Source: a virus
Virus record (IMG/VR): IMGVR_UViG_3300033148_002693
Span: 34,717 to 98,716 of that record
DNA: 64,000 nucleotides
Reading direction: 5' to 3' (one strand)
Below, in pieces: positions 9,074-20,096 of the stretch (positions are counted from its first letter, which is position 1; every line of letters begins with the position of its first letter). The notes beneath the pieces were generated by a model, which saw only the letters and a program-made list of their open reading frames with translations, made no database searches and was not told where the DNA came from. The position numbers were made by a program, and so were the translations under genes.

Positions 9074-12000
9074 ATGTCTCCAGCCGGAATGCAACTCGGT
9101 GGAATCTACGCCGAAGTGGAAATGAAGGTAAATAAGTTCAAGGGACAACTCAACAAGAGTGTGTCCGATTTCAAGCACGCATCGAAGCAAATGGCTTCAT
9201 CTGCAAAGAACTTTGGTGAGACGGCCGCATTGTCTGGAATATATGCGGCAGATGGCATTAAGAAATTTGGTGTCAGTGTTAGCGGTTTCATGAAGAAACA
9301 TGGTGATGCAATAAAGAAATGGGCGAAGAGGGGAGTGGTTGCACTTACTGCGCTCATAGCATTATCAGTCAAGACTGCCGCGACATTCGACAAGGAAATG
9401 CGGAATGTCAATGCTATTGCTCAACTCAGCGAGGATCGATTCCAGAGTCTTCAGCAAAGGGTTGTCGATTTCTCCATGACAACTCGTGCATCGTCTGCCG
9501 ATGTAGCCAAATCACTGTATAACGTTGTATCTGCTGGATTCGAGACTGAGAAAGCGTTCGTGGTCATGAGTCAAGCCTCTAGGGCTGCTGGTGCTGGATT
9601 GGCGAACGCCGAAGATGTATCTAGATTGCTTATCGCGACTTTGCGATCCTACAACTTGGAGGTTAAGGAGTCTGGATATATTACAGATGTATTCCTCCAA
9701 GCAGTGAATCAAGGTATTACTACATTGCCTGAACTTGCTCAGGGATTGGGTCGTGTATTTCCGCTTGCGTCCAAGGTCGGAATCTCCTTCGAGGAGGTTG
9801 CCTTCTCGATTGCCCGCATGACTCAGACTGGTCTCTCCACTGACGAGGCAGTTACCCGGCTGATGGGTACAATCACTGGAATGATCAAACCCACTGAGGC
9901 ATTAGATGATGTGTTGGCAAGGTTGGGCGTCAAATCCGCCACTGAAGCGGTTGAAAAGTTTGGCGGCTTGAATGGAATTCTCAGAGAATTTAGGGAACGT
10001 GGTATAGAAAGTGCTGAATCAGTCAGCGAATTGTTTGGCAACATCAGGGGCATGACCGGCGTCATGGCGCTGATGGGCGATGAGACGGCGATGACAGCCG
10101 GAGCGTTGGAGGAGTTCAAGAAGGCGTCCGAAGGGGCCGTTGAGAGGGCCAGGGAGCAGCAGTACAAATCCCTGTCGGCCCAGCTTGCAAGATTGAAATC
10201 AGCTTTTGAGGTCGTGCAGATCGAGATCGGCACGAAAGTCATTCCCAGCCTCGTCGATCTGATCAAGAAAGTGGTTCCGATAATTCGCAAATTCTCTGAA
10301 CTTGACGATAACACTGTTAAGTTGGGACTGGCTATTGCTGGCCTTGTAATAGTTTTAACGAGTGTAGCCACAGCCATAGGTTCTGTGTTGGCTGTATTGA
10401 GTCCGTGGGCGCTTGCTATTATCGCTGTTGTGGCTGCCATTGGTGGCGTTGTGGCGGCGATGAAAATCCAAGAAGATAAGTTGAAAAAACAGTCTGATGA
10501 ATTATTCAAGGCCGCGTTGAAGTATAAAGATTATGTTGAAATGATGGAAGCGGCTGGCCTTGCAAATCGTACTGTGGCTGAAGATATTTTTGATTTGCGC
10601 GTTGAGTTACAGAAACAGGGTTTTGCCTTGGAAGATGCCGCGATGAAAGCCCTGGAATATAATGAAATTATGGAAAGGGTTAGGCAGGCGGAGGAGGATT
10701 TGGCTAAGGGTGACACGATGGTACGCCCGATTGAGGCCAAAGAAGCTGCATTAGAAAAGGCAAATATGAGATTAGCTGAATTTGCATCAACTAATGAAAC
10801 TGTCCTCAAATGGGTGAGAAAAACACATCCAGAAGTAGCTGAACTCGCAGATGAATTAATCCGTGTTGCCGATATGGCTGAGGCAGATGTTGAATACTTT
10901 GAAAGAATGGGTAAACAGCTTCAGCCGTTGCCGGAATCTTTTGATAAGGCAACTATGGCAATAGATAAGACTCGTATCGCAATGGAGAAACTTGTCGAAG
11001 CGGATCAAGCGTTTGAGGAGATTGTTGCTGCAGAACGGAAAGTAGTGGATGATGCCCGTGCATCCCTGGAACGTAAGCGTGATATGCTTGAAGATGTTGA
11101 AGTTGGCCTGGATGAAGCAACCAGTGGGGCGTATGCTTGGATCAAGGCCAATGAGGAAGAGAAGAAAAAAGTAGATGATGCAAAGGAAGCTCTTGATAAC
11201 AAGCGCAAGGCTTTGAACAATCTAGCTAGTTCTTTTCTGGATTTACGTGAGAAATTGAATGGTGTGATTCAGGGATACAAAGATTTCCAGGCCGAGATGA
11301 AGGGCATAGAAGAAGGGAAGAAAAAGGATATTGGAAAAGAGCAAGAGGCCGCGGCAAAAAAACGGAAGGATCTTGAGAAACAACTGACCAAAGACTTAGA
11401 AAAACTTGAGCAAGAGCGCGCTGATAAACTACATTGGGTGATGACTGGTGCTCATACTAGAAGTGCTGAGGAAAATGAAGCCGCACTAAAATGGTGGAAC
11501 GACATCTACGATCAAAAGGTGCAAGAGCTTCAAGGTACTTATGATGATGAATTAAAGATAGTCAATGCGGGAGAGGCCGCACAGATAAAAGTTATTAAAG
11601 ATTCTGCCCAACAACAAACTGATATTGCCAAAGATGCCCGCGAGAAACAACTTGAGGCGCAAAGGCAGGGTCTGGCTGATATGCTCACGCAAATGGCTCT
11701 CAGCATCATGGAGCAGCAGGGCGTTTTGGACGATTTCTTCGGCGGTCTCCCCGTCACTGCTGACGAGGCGTGGGCTTTGATAAGTTCCGGCATGAAGAAG
11801 GTCACGCCGGAGATGGCTGGGGCCATCCAGAAATTGTCCAGTATCCTGGTGGATGATTTCGGCGAGGGCATGACGACGGCGAAGGACAACTCTGAATTGT
11901 TGTATGATGCATTGAAGGAATTCTTCCCAGAACTCGTCAAAATGGCTGACGGTTCGGAAGAAGCCGCGGATGCGGTTAAGGACGTTGGAGAAGAGGCCGA

Positions 12001-14746
12001 CGACGTGAAAACTAGTCTCACTGACGCGTCGGAAGCGGCCAAAGAAATGAAGAAGAAAACGAAAGACATGCAGACGGCTATCGAAGACGGCCAGGACGCG
12101 ATGGGAGATTTAGATACTAAAGCAGATGATTCGGCAACGGCGATAAAGGACATGGCCGCCGACATGCTCACTGCGATTACCGATGATTTAGGGGCTATGC
12201 CCGACAAGGTCAAGGAGATAATCGACGCGGCGGTAGTGGGGCAGAAGCAAGATTTCATAAACAAAGCAATCAGTTTGGGAAAAGACATCGCCGGCGGTTT
12301 GATCAAGGGAACGCTCAGCGGGCTGCAAGAATACGTCAACGCGTTGGTAGCCGTGATCCAGGCGGCTTATGCCGGCGCGGCGGCTGCTGCTGGTGCCCAG
12401 TCTCCTTCCAGGCTTTTCGCCGAGTTGGGGCACGATCTCGTGGCGGGACTTGCGATGGGTGTCAAGGACGCTGGCACTTCCCAGGTGGTCGGGATCCCCG
12501 CGATCCTCAACACGTTCACGACCATCATAAACAAATTAATAGGCCTGTTCTGGGAACTTGGCGGGAGCCCAAACCTGGAGCGCGCGAAAGAGGTCGCGGA
12601 CACCATGTCGGCCATCGTGTCGTTCTTGACGCAGGGGATGGAGGCCTTCGAGAAACTGAAAGATTATCGCGGATTCGCTGGCCTGGGTGACGCGGTGATT
12701 GATTTATTGAAAGAAATGCACGACGCGGTGAACAAAGCGATCTCGTTGGCGTGGGGCTGGTGGGAGGCCGAGCTGAAGCGCGCCCAGGACGTTGCAAATC
12801 TGATAGGGTCTGTGATCGACGTCATCATCAAGGCGCTTGACATGGGGACGGCCCTCGCAGAATATGAGGGAATCGAATTTGCTAATCTTGCAGAGAGGGT
12901 GGCTCCCGTATTCAAGCAAATTGGCATAGTGATGAAGGAAATCAAGAATCTGGTAGGTGTATGGACTATCGGGGAACTCCAGGGAGTTGCTGCATTTGCC
13001 GAGTCTGCGAATCAGGTGGTGGGGTTGATCAAGGGAGCTGTCGATGCTTTGGCTGCGTTGGCAGATTATGAGCATGTGAGCGGGCTGGAAGACAAGATGT
13101 TCCAGCTTACAGTAGGGTTGCAGATAATCGTTCAATCTCTTCTTGATATGGCAGACTATTGGGAATCCGAAGCGGTGAAGGCTGTGGCGGTGTTTGCTGA
13201 AAGTGCGGGGAAGATTGTTGATGTAGTGAAACCTGCTGTAGATGCTCTCACGGCTTTGGGTGAATACGAACGGGCCAGGACATTAACAAGCGCATGGAAG
13301 GCCCTGGTGCTTGATTTGCCGGTTGCCGCCAAAGATGAATTCGGTGAAGAGGCTCTTAAAGCTGCCGTTGTGTTCTCAGAAAACGCAGGTAAGATTGTTG
13401 GAGTCATCAAGATAGGCGTCGACGCGCTGACTGCTCTTGGCGACTATGTGAGCGCAGAGAATCTAAAGGGCGCTTGGATTATGTTCGTCAAGGATTTGCA
13501 GATGATTGTTCGCTGGATGAAGAACATAGCTGCAAAGAAGGAGTTCGGGGGAGAGGGAGTTGAGGCAGCCGCTACGTTCTCTGAGAATGCTGGCAAGATC
13601 GTCGGCATGTTGAAAGATGGCGTGGATGGTTTGACTGCCCTCGGTTCATATGTGAGCAAGGCGAATCTAAAATCGGTTTGGATCACATTCGTGAAAGACC
13701 TGCAAATGGTCGTTCGATGGATCAAGAACATTGCTGCTAAGAAAGAGTTTGGAGAGGAAGCTATCAAAGCCGCCGCCGTGTTTTCCGAGAATGTGACCCG
13801 GATCGTCGGTATGATAAAACCCGCTGTGGATGCTATGCGTGAGTTGATAACCTACGGGGCCGAAGTCGAAGGCGGACGGATAATGGGCATGGCCGATGCT
13901 ATGGCCGACTTCGTTGGGGATTTGAAAGAGGTCATCAAGCAAATGGTCAAACTTGCCGGTGAGTTTGAGGAGGAAGGGATCAAAGCCGCCGCAGATTTCT
14001 CGGATGCTGTGAAACGCATTGTGGATGCCGTGTCTGGGGCACTCAGCTTTTTGAACGAGTTGACGAAGTTCACAGGTGGTAAGTATATCTCTCCTGCCAA
14101 GATAGACACGATGGTCGATATGATTCGGTACATTCTGTGGAGGATAATCTGGCTTGCTGTTGAATACTCACCAGAAGCGTTGAAGGCCGCCGATGTGTTT
14201 GCAGAGCACATGAAGGAAGTATTCGAGTCGATGAAATCTGCCCTTGATTTCCTGAATGAGCTTGGTGATTCTGTCATGCCCGATGAGGCAAAGATCACGG
14301 CATTCTTCAATGCGTTGGACAGGATAGCGGGTCAGTTTTCTAATGGTGTTGGGACATCTAGAAATATGTTAGATTCGGCAATGCAGATAGCCAATAACAT
14401 CGCTTCGGCGAAAACATTGATGGGTGGGAGATCGCCATATGGTGGATACATTGAGGGCGGCATAGCTGAACAAGTTGATGGTAATCCGTGGCCTGAATTC
14501 AATGCCCCACCTGTAAGTGGGGGAGGAGGAGGCGGTGGCGGAGGAGGCGGTGGTAGTGCCAACGATGATCGGCGCGACCAGATACTTGCCGACATCCGCG
14601 ACTCCAACCTTGACACCTTGGATGTATTGCTGTATTTGGGTGAGCAATTCCTTGGAACGGATATTTGGAGCATGATGGATGAATTCATAGGATCACAGGC
14701 ACGGCGTGATGGGAGTTTCTTTGGTGGGAGGAGAGTATTTAGTTAG
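9074..14746 (+). CDS. Tail tape measure protein (TP901-type core)
   Basis: 1890 aa, Ala-rich helical, TP901 core pattern FDKEMRNVNAI, TM-like segment, ~60-aa repeats near 12980-14320, poly-Gly near C-terminus. Confidence 0.95.
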   Translation: MSPAGMQLGGIYAEVEMKVNKFKGQLNKSVSDFKHASKQMASSAKNFGETAALSGIYAADGIKKFGVSVSGFMKKHGDAIKKWAKRGVVALTALIALSVKTAATFDKEMRNVNAIAQLSEDRFQSLQQRVVDFSMTTRASSADVAKSLYNVVSAGFETEKAFVVMSQASRAAGAGLANAEDVSRLLIATLRSYNLEVKESGYITDVFLQAVNQGITTLPELAQGLGRVFPLASKVGISFEEVAFSIARMTQTGLSTDEAVTRLMGTITGMIKPTEALDDVLARLGVKSATEAVEKFGGLNGILREFRERGIESAESVSELFGNIRGMTGVMALMGDETAMTAGALEEFKKASEGAVERAREQQYKSLSAQLARLKSAFEVVQIEIGTKVIPSLVDLIKKVVPIIRKFSELDDNTVKLGLAIAGLVIVLTSVATAIGSVLAVLSPWALAIIAVVAAIGGVVAAMKIQEDKLKKQSDELFKAALKYKDYVEMMEAAGLANRTVAEDIFDLRVELQKQGFALEDAAMKALEYNEIMERVRQAEEDLAKGDTMVRPIEAKEAALEKANMRLAEFASTNETVLKWVRKTHPEVAELADELIRVADMAEADVEYFERMGKQLQPLPESFDKATMAIDKTRIAMEKLVEADQAFEEIVAAERKVVDDARASLERKRDMLEDVEVGLDEATSGAYAWIKANEEEKKKVDDAKEALDNKRKALNNLASSFLDLREKLNGVIQGYKDFQAEMKGIEEGKKKDIGKEQEAAAKKRKDLEKQLTKDLEKLEQERADKLHWVMTGAHTRSAEENEAALKWWNDIYDQKVQELQGTYDDELKIVNAGEAAQIKVIKDSAQQQTDIAKDAREKQLEAQRQGLADMLTQMALSIMEQQGVLDDFFGGLPVTADEAWALISSGMKKVTPEMAGAIQKLSSILVDDFGEGMTTAKDNSELLYDALKEFFPELVKMADGSEEAADAVKDVGEEADDVKTSLTDASEAAKEMKKKTKDMQTAIEDGQDAMGDLDTKADDSATAIKDMAADMLTAITDDLGAMPDKVKEIIDAAVVGQKQDFINKAISLGKDIAGGLIKGTLSGLQEYVNALVAVIQAAYAGAAAAAGAQSPSRLFAELGHDLVAGLAMGVKDAGTSQVVGIPAILNTFTTIINKLIGLFWELGGSPNLERAKEVADTMSAIVSFLTQGMEAFEKLKDYRGFAGLGDAVIDLLKEMHDAVNKAISLAWGWWEAELKRAQDVANLIGSVIDVIIKALDMGTALAEYEGIEFANLAERVAPVFKQIGIVMKEIKNLVGVWTIGELQGVAAFAESANQVVGLIKGAVDALAALADYEHVSGLEDKMFQLTVGLQIIVQSLLDMADYWESEAVKAVAVFAESAGKIVDVVKPAVDALTALGEYERARTLTSAWKALVLDLPVAAKDEFGEEALKAAVVFSENAGKIVGVIKIGVDALTALGDYVSAENLKGAWIMFVKDLQMIVRWMKNIAAKKEFGGEGVEAAATFSENAGKIVGMLKDGVDGLTALGSYVSKANLKSVWITFVKDLQMVVRWIKNIAAKKEFGEEAIKAAAVFSENVTRIVGMIKPAVDAMRELITYGAEVEGGRIMGMADAMADFVGDLKEVIKQMVKLAGEFEEEGIKAAADFSDAVKRIVDAVSGALSFLNELTKFTGGKYISPAKIDTMVDMIRYILWRIIWLAVEYSPEALKAADVFAEHMKEVFESMKSALDFLNELGDSVMPDEAKITAFFNALDRIAGQFSNGVGTSRNMLDSAMQIANNIASAKTLMGGRSPYGGYIEGGIAEQVDGNPWPEFNAPPVSGGGGGGGGGGGGSANDDRRDQILADIRDSNLDTLDVLLYLGEQFLGTDIWSMMDEFIGSQARRDGSFFGGRRVFS

Positions 14747-14788
14747 GGAAATTTAACAAATGTATGTTATTATGATATACTTATTATT

Positions 14789-14944
14789 ATGAAACGGACA
14801 ACGATTTGGTTGGGGAGTGCAGACAAAGAAGCTATTGAAATCATTAAGGTAAAATATGGCATGAAATCTGATAGTGCTGTTATAAGATTTGCTTTGCGTA
14901 TTATAGCATCTTCTAAAGTAGGAATAAGTAATAATGAAAATTAA
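14789..14944 (+). CDS. 51-aa ribbon-helix-helix (CopG/Arc-like) protein (not in ORF track)
   Basis: MKRTTIWLGSADKEAIEIIKVKYGMKSDSAVIRFALR: alternating beta strand, helix, G-x-x-S turn, S-x-x-IR-x-AL helix; overlaps tnpB start. Confidence 0.75.
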   Translation: MKRTTIWLGSADKEAIEIIKVKYGMKSDSAVIRFALRIIASSKVGISNNEN

Positions 14945-16031
14945 GCGATCAGTAAAGTGTAGTCTAAAATTTACTAACAAGCGCAAGTTGCAAACATTAG
15001 ATATGATTCGTCAAGAATATGTACAAGTTGTCAATGGCTATATAGATTTGTGGTGGGATGATACGCCTGTAAAGGCAGAGCTAAAAAAGGATAAAATAGA
15101 TTTAATTGTAGATACTTGGTTCTCACAACGCATGAAACAAACCGCAGCTAGGGAAGCGGTAGATATGATTGCATCTGCTAGGCAATTGGCTAAGAAATGT
15201 AGTAAGGAACCGTCGAAGCCTGTACATACTGGAAAGCGAATGGCTTGGACTTCTAGCACTGCTAATCTTGTACTATCTAAGACTTCAGAATTTGATGCTT
15301 GGTTACAGATACGCTCTGTTGGCAATAAGGTTAAATTGGATATACCTATCCAATTTCATAGGCAATTTAATAAGTGGAATGCACGAGGCCGCCGCCTTAA
15401 TTTCTATGTGATTTTGCAAGATGCGATTCAATTTGTATTTGAAATCGAAACTGGCCCTAAACAGGAACCAGATCGTTGTGTAGGTGTAGATACTGGCATT
15501 AAGAAGTTGGCTACACTAAATACAGGGGTTATGTTTGGTGAAGATATTGAACAGATAGTTGCGAAGATTAAGCGGTGTGAATGGGGGAGTAAAGGACAGA
15601 AACGAGCAAGGTCTCATTTACGTCAAAGGATGGGAGAGGTTGCTAAAAAGGTTTGCGGGATTGCTTCATTGGTTGTAGTAGAAGATTTACAAAAGATGAA
15701 TCATAAGACGAAGGTCAAACGTCGCTTGACCAAAAACATGCGGCGCGCGCTTGGTGCATGGGCATATTCATACTGGTTAAATCGACTACAAATGACTTCT
15801 GAAGAAACGAACGTTTCGTTCCGTAGAGTCAGTCCTTACTATACCAGTCAAAGATGTAATGCATGTGGTCACACTGAGCGGAGCAATCGCAATGGCGAGA
15901 GTTTTCTTTGTCGAGATTGTGGCCATATTGATGATGCGGATATTAATGCCGCAAAGAATATTCTTGAGCGATTTCTCACCGGACGATATGGTGCCGGTTG
16001 TAAAGCCTTAATAGAACAAAATACTATCTAG
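14934..16031 (+). CDS. tnpB: TnpB RNA-guided endonuclease
   Basis: RuvC-I GVDTG, RuvC-II VVEDL, Zn finger CNAC..CRDC, RuvC-III DADINAAKN; all catalytic residues intact. Confidence 0.93.
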   Translation: MKIKRSVKCSLKFTNKRKLQTLDMIRQEYVQVVNGYIDLWWDDTPVKAELKKDKIDLIVDTWFSQRMKQTAAREAVDMIASARQLAKKCSKEPSKPVHTGKRMAWTSSTANLVLSKTSEFDAWLQIRSVGNKVKLDIPIQFHRQFNKWNARGRRLNFYVILQDAIQFVFEIETGPKQEPDRCVGVDTGIKKLATLNTGVMFGEDIEQIVAKIKRCEWGSKGQKRARSHLRQRMGEVAKKVCGIASLVVVEDLQKMNHKTKVKRRLTKNMRRALGAWAYSYWLNRLQMTSEETNVSFRRVSPYYTSQRCNACGHTERSNRNGESFLCRDCGHIDDADINAAKNILERFLTGRYGAGCKALIEQNTI

Positions 16032-16040
16032 GGGGTAACT

Positions 16041-19000
16041 ATGCTGAGTATCAAGTTCAAGCAAGGTAATGATGAATTTATCGTTCAAGATTTGACATCT
16101 GGAATTGGTTTGCTGGAAAACGGCGTGCGGATAAATGGCAATCGTATATCGCTCAATTTCCAGATGATAAAGAAAAGTTCAACCGGTCAGTCACCAGACG
16201 AACAGGTGTCACGTTTGACACGTCAGATTGATTGGTGGCTGGATAAGGCTAGACTTGCCTCTAAACTAAGACAAGACGCTCCGGTGGAGTTGTGGTTGAA
16301 ACAAGGAGCTATACTTGAAGAGGCAACGTTTGGGCGCGATTATATCAAGTGGATAATTGTGGATGGAACAGTTGATCAGGGCAGGTATCCATCTACTGTT
16401 CCAGGTGAGAGATTGTTCACGATCAATTTGACCGTTCAATCGCGAGAGGGACGTGGGTCAGAATACCCTGTTTTGAGGTCTGGTGGTTCCGCTTGCAGGA
16501 CTGCCGGCGCCGGTGGCGAGCTGGGTCACATCACGGCCATAGATGATGGTGGATTAGAGATAACAGGTGGGGCGAGGGCTTGGCAGCAAAACGCTTTGTT
16601 TGACAGGAAGGCCGGAACCATCGGGATGTTCTGGGAGCCTTCTTGCGCTCAGTTGGCCTATGGGACTTCTGGTGATCCTGTAGGCCATCAGGTGATTTAT
16701 GACATCCGCCAGGATATTGATGGGGGTGATTGGTGGACATCGAAGGAAGCGGAACAGACTTCTTGGCACGACGAGTTGGGGGATTTCCCGACCGTCACGG
16801 TTTGGGAATGGGATGCTACTAATGTATATGTCAGAGATGCTTCCGACCAATCAATTTATATGCAGTTTACACGGGGAGCGACAAACATATTGTCAACCGG
16901 TACAAATCCTGTCACTGAGGCGATTCATGTTTTGAACAGACGGGCATACATCATTGAGCACGATTCAGCTGTCAATTTCGCGAGGTTAATAGTTGTAGAT
17001 TTTGAAAATGATAGAGCGCGATCTTTTGGTACTTATACAATGGAATATGAGGGTTCGTTGAGTGAACGTAATGGTAGCAAAAATTGGGAAATCTTTGATG
17101 ATTTGGACACTTTCAATTTAGCTGAGCATATGTGGGATGTCAGGGCCGCTTATATTGATGGGAAAGGTCAGGTGGTAGTCGTCGGAACGGATGTGGGCGT
17201 ATATATGCTCTTCGAGTCTGTATTCAGTCGTTACCCCGAAAGCGCGACGATTCGTTTCATGCTCACGACTTACACGGATGTCTATCACGTTTGGCTCACA
17301 TCAGAGGGACGGTTGTATTGGAATGCCACGACCGCCGGGGATGTGAACAGCGTCTACATGTTAGAGCGGGCCGCGTTTTATACATCTGATCAAACTGACG
17401 TTTATACCAAAATATATGATACTATTACCGATCCTGCATTGTTAGGTGTTGCTGCAACCAACATTAATGACATCTTCGTACTTCCAAAACAAGGATTCTA
17501 CGAGAAATCGCAAGGATTTAAGACTGGCGATATTTTGATAGGATATGAGGCCGGCGATATTTTGGTGGTTGCCAGTAACCTTGGCATAACCATCATAGAG
17601 CAGAAGTTTGGCAATGAATATGATGGAGCAGTTCAATACATCACAACAGATTACAGCACGGGTCCGATGGTCGGGAATATCTTGGGTTGGTGGATCGGCG
17701 GTGAGGAAAACGCCGCCACTCTCAATGATAGGAGCAGGCAGAATAATGATTTGACTGTGCATGGATTCGGGGGTGGCGGCTCTACAATTGCGGCGGATTG
17801 GTCGAACATTGAATCTATCAGGGGTAAGGCATTGATATTTGATGGGGCGAATGATTGGTTGAGTTCTGTTGATGCTGATTTCAATGTGAATAATCAAACC
17901 CTCACATGGGGGGCATTTTTCAAAAAGGATTTGGTGTATACTGAACAGTACATAATCAATAAGGGTTGGACGGCGGGACAACGATCATATTATCTCAAAA
18001 CGACTGATTTAGGTATAATCGAAGCCGCTGTATCAGTGGATGGAACAAATTGGGTCACTGCCACGGGCACTTTGGGTCTTGCTGCGGCTGGAAATTGGGT
18101 ATGTGCTATTGCAACATATGATGGCACAAATGTGAAGGTAACGGTATGGGATATGTATGGCAATAGGGATTCTGCCATCAGCGCGGGCACTGCTGGAAAC
18201 ATCGCGACTTCCACCGATCCATTGATAATTGGAGCAAGGGCCGACACAACGTTGAAATGGGATGGATTGTTGGCAGGCGTGTTCATTGCTAAAGAGCTAT
18301 ACACGGATGAAGAGATAGAATGGCAGATGAGAACCGGACTCACGGCAGGTCGGCAAGCATATACCGAACATGTTTTGGGCGGAGCCTCTAATCAATGTAA
18401 TTCAGTTTGTATGTCGGAAGATGGGAATCTGTTATTGGTCGCAACCGGGGACGGGAATCCCGGGGTGATAACTTATTGGCGATATAGGTGGAATCACAAG
18501 GACAGAGCGGATTTGCAGATTGACGCGGGAGTTCATACTTCCGTCGCCGTTTTATCTAATGTGATGGTGGGAAGTACTGTAACGAATCGAGCTTATGAAT
18601 CGCCATATCACGATGTTTTTTTGTTTGATTATGGCACGTTTGCCGATGATTATAATGAACAATTCGATAGGAATACTTATCTGAGAGGCTCTACACAAGT
18701 TTATGCTTATTATCGCCAATCAGACGGCAAGATCGTGTTTTTGGTTGGGGATACCACGTTGGTGTCTTCGGCTCTCGCGACTTGGAATCAAGGGGACATC
18801 ATACCGTTGACGTTCAGATATGGATTTGATAACGGATTGCAGATATGGCGTAATCGTGTGAGCATCGGATCATCTGCGACATATGATGGATTTCACGCAT
18901 ACAGAGATTTGCCCTCGACAGACGATGGCCCGGCATGGTGGTTCGGGATGAATTACGACCGTTCATACCCCGCCGGGAGAATCTACGATTTCAGATATTG

Positions 19001-20096
19001 GCCCGTCGAATTGACCGACGCCCAGGTGGCAGTCATAGAGAGGGGGCGCGGCGAAGCCCCGTTCGCGTGGACGCAGGCAAAAGATTGTAAGGTGTTCAAC
19101 AGAAGTAATGAACGAGGCAGATCGGAAATTGTGTTCGGGAATATCCCCGGCGATATTCCGGCAGGTTTACGGATGATATATACCATTGGAAATGATTATG
19201 AATGGTTCATCGGTTTGAGAGGACTTGACGCAACTCATTTTCAAACGTATTACGATGCCGAAGATTATGAGTACATCGAGGCCGCTCACACCGTCGTAAC
19301 CGGCGATCCCACGACCATCAGCGGAAACAAGGTTTTGATAACTCCGGCTACGACCGATAATATCCGGCGCGTCGACATCAGGTTGCAGAGAGACTATATT
19401 GAATGGTTGAGGCATTTCGGGCGTTTCAGGTTGTTGGCAAGGGTCTATGAGACGGGGACAACGCCGTGTTGCAAGGTGCAATTTGCTGTGGGGTATGGTG
19501 ACGGCAAATATAACTATCAAACAGACCAAGTCGTACTTCCCTGCACGCAAGATTCTAATGAATGGTTATTGATAGACTTTGGTGAAATTGTGTTGCCACC
19601 AACCCCCTTAATGGAATTCCAGAGGCGAACCGGCAGAGATGAGATCGTCGAGAATTTCGGCGATCTCCAGGATACGTGGAGCGTGTTGATGATGTTCCTG
19701 GAGAGGCCGGCGGCCTGCTCGAATGATTACGCAATAGACGGCGTGTGGCTGATACCGTCCGACCTCGCGATAGGATTGGCGTCATGGGTTCCGGATTCGG
19801 GTGATGATGTGGCCATGATGATTTCGTTCCTTCGCAACAGCGACTTCGGGGCTTTGAAGGTCGGGACCGCAACCGATCAGTCGTGGGCGTTCAGCACGTT
19901 GACCACCCAGAGCGGTGCGAGTTGGGCCGGTGACAGGATTTACGTTCCCACGGGCCAGGATTCCGTCCTGACCATGGTGGGCAGGGGTTCCGGGCTTAGC
20001 GCCTGCCCGGACACATACAAGCAGACCGTTGACAACGCTTCCGATTATTTTAGCATTTTTGCTTGGATCACACCGTATTTTAGGTATGTGCGATGA
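16041..20096 (+). CDS. Large distal tail/receptor-binding protein with LamG (concanavalin-like) domain(s)
   Basis: After tape measure; ALIFDGANDWL...WVCAIATYDG...LIIGA...WDGLLA LamG pattern; beta-rich. Confidence 0.7.
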   Translation: MLSIKFKQGNDEFIVQDLTSGIGLLENGVRINGNRISLNFQMIKKSSTGQSPDEQVSRLTRQIDWWLDKARLASKLRQDAPVELWLKQGAILEEATFGRDYIKWIIVDGTVDQGRYPSTVPGERLFTINLTVQSREGRGSEYPVLRSGGSACRTAGAGGELGHITAIDDGGLEITGGARAWQQNALFDRKAGTIGMFWEPSCAQLAYGTSGDPVGHQVIYDIRQDIDGGDWWTSKEAEQTSWHDELGDFPTVTVWEWDATNVYVRDASDQSIYMQFTRGATNILSTGTNPVTEAIHVLNRRAYIIEHDSAVNFARLIVVDFENDRARSFGTYTMEYEGSLSERNGSKNWEIFDDLDTFNLAEHMWDVRAAYIDGKGQVVVVGTDVGVYMLFESVFSRYPESATIRFMLTTYTDVYHVWLTSEGRLYWNATTAGDVNSVYMLERAAFYTSDQTDVYTKIYDTITDPALLGVAATNINDIFVLPKQGFYEKSQGFKTGDILIGYEAGDILVVASNLGITIIEQKFGNEYDGAVQYITTDYSTGPMVGNILGWWIGGEENAATLNDRSRQNNDLTVHGFGGGGSTIAADWSNIESIRGKALIFDGANDWLSSVDADFNVNNQTLTWGAFFKKDLVYTEQYIINKGWTAGQRSYYLKTTDLGIIEAAVSVDGTNWVTATGTLGLAAAGNWVCAIATYDGTNVKVTVWDMYGNRDSAISAGTAGNIATSTDPLIIGARADTTLKWDGLLAGVFIAKELYTDEEIEWQMRTGLTAGRQAYTEHVLGGASNQCNSVCMSEDGNLLLVATGDGNPGVITYWRYRWNHKDRADLQIDAGVHTSVAVLSNVMVGSTVTNRAYESPYHDVFLFDYGTFADDYNEQFDRNTYLRGSTQVYAYYRQSDGKIVFLVGDTTLVSSALATWNQGDIIPLTFRYGFDNGLQIWRNRVSIGSSATYDGFHAYRDLPSTDDGPAWWFGMNYDRSYPAGRIYDFRYWPVELTDAQVAVIERGRGEAPFAWTQAKDCKVFNRSNERGRSEIVFGNIPGDIPAGLRMIYTIGNDYEWFIGLRGLDATHFQTYYDAEDYEYIEAAHTVVTGDPTTISGNKVLITPATTDNIRRVDIRLQRDYIEWLRHFGRFRLLARVYETGTTPCCKVQFAVGYGDGKYNYQTDQVVLPCTQDSNEWLLIDFGEIVLPPTPLMEFQRRTGRDEIVENFGDLQDTWSVLMMFLERPAACSNDYAIDGVWLIPSDLAIGLASWVPDSGDDVAMMISFLRNSDFGALKVGTATDQSWAFSTLTTQSGASWAGDRIYVPTGQDSVLTMVGRGSGLSACPDTYKQTVDNASDYFSIFAWITPYFRYVR

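Larger units (their letters stand above)
14747..16031 (+). mobile_element. Non-autonomous TnpB element (RHH plus tnpB, no transposase)
   Basis: Visibly AT-rich versus flanks; TAG|GG at both junctions; excision gives TMP stop-GGGG-TAACT-ATG, a normal stop/RBS/start junction. Confidence 0.75.

Noticed and set aside
9106-14688. Long minus-strand ORFs opposite the tape measure (also 39371-40351 and 7476-8345)
   Set aside because: Antisense shadows of biased + strand codon usage; Ser-rich, with no RBS or motifs
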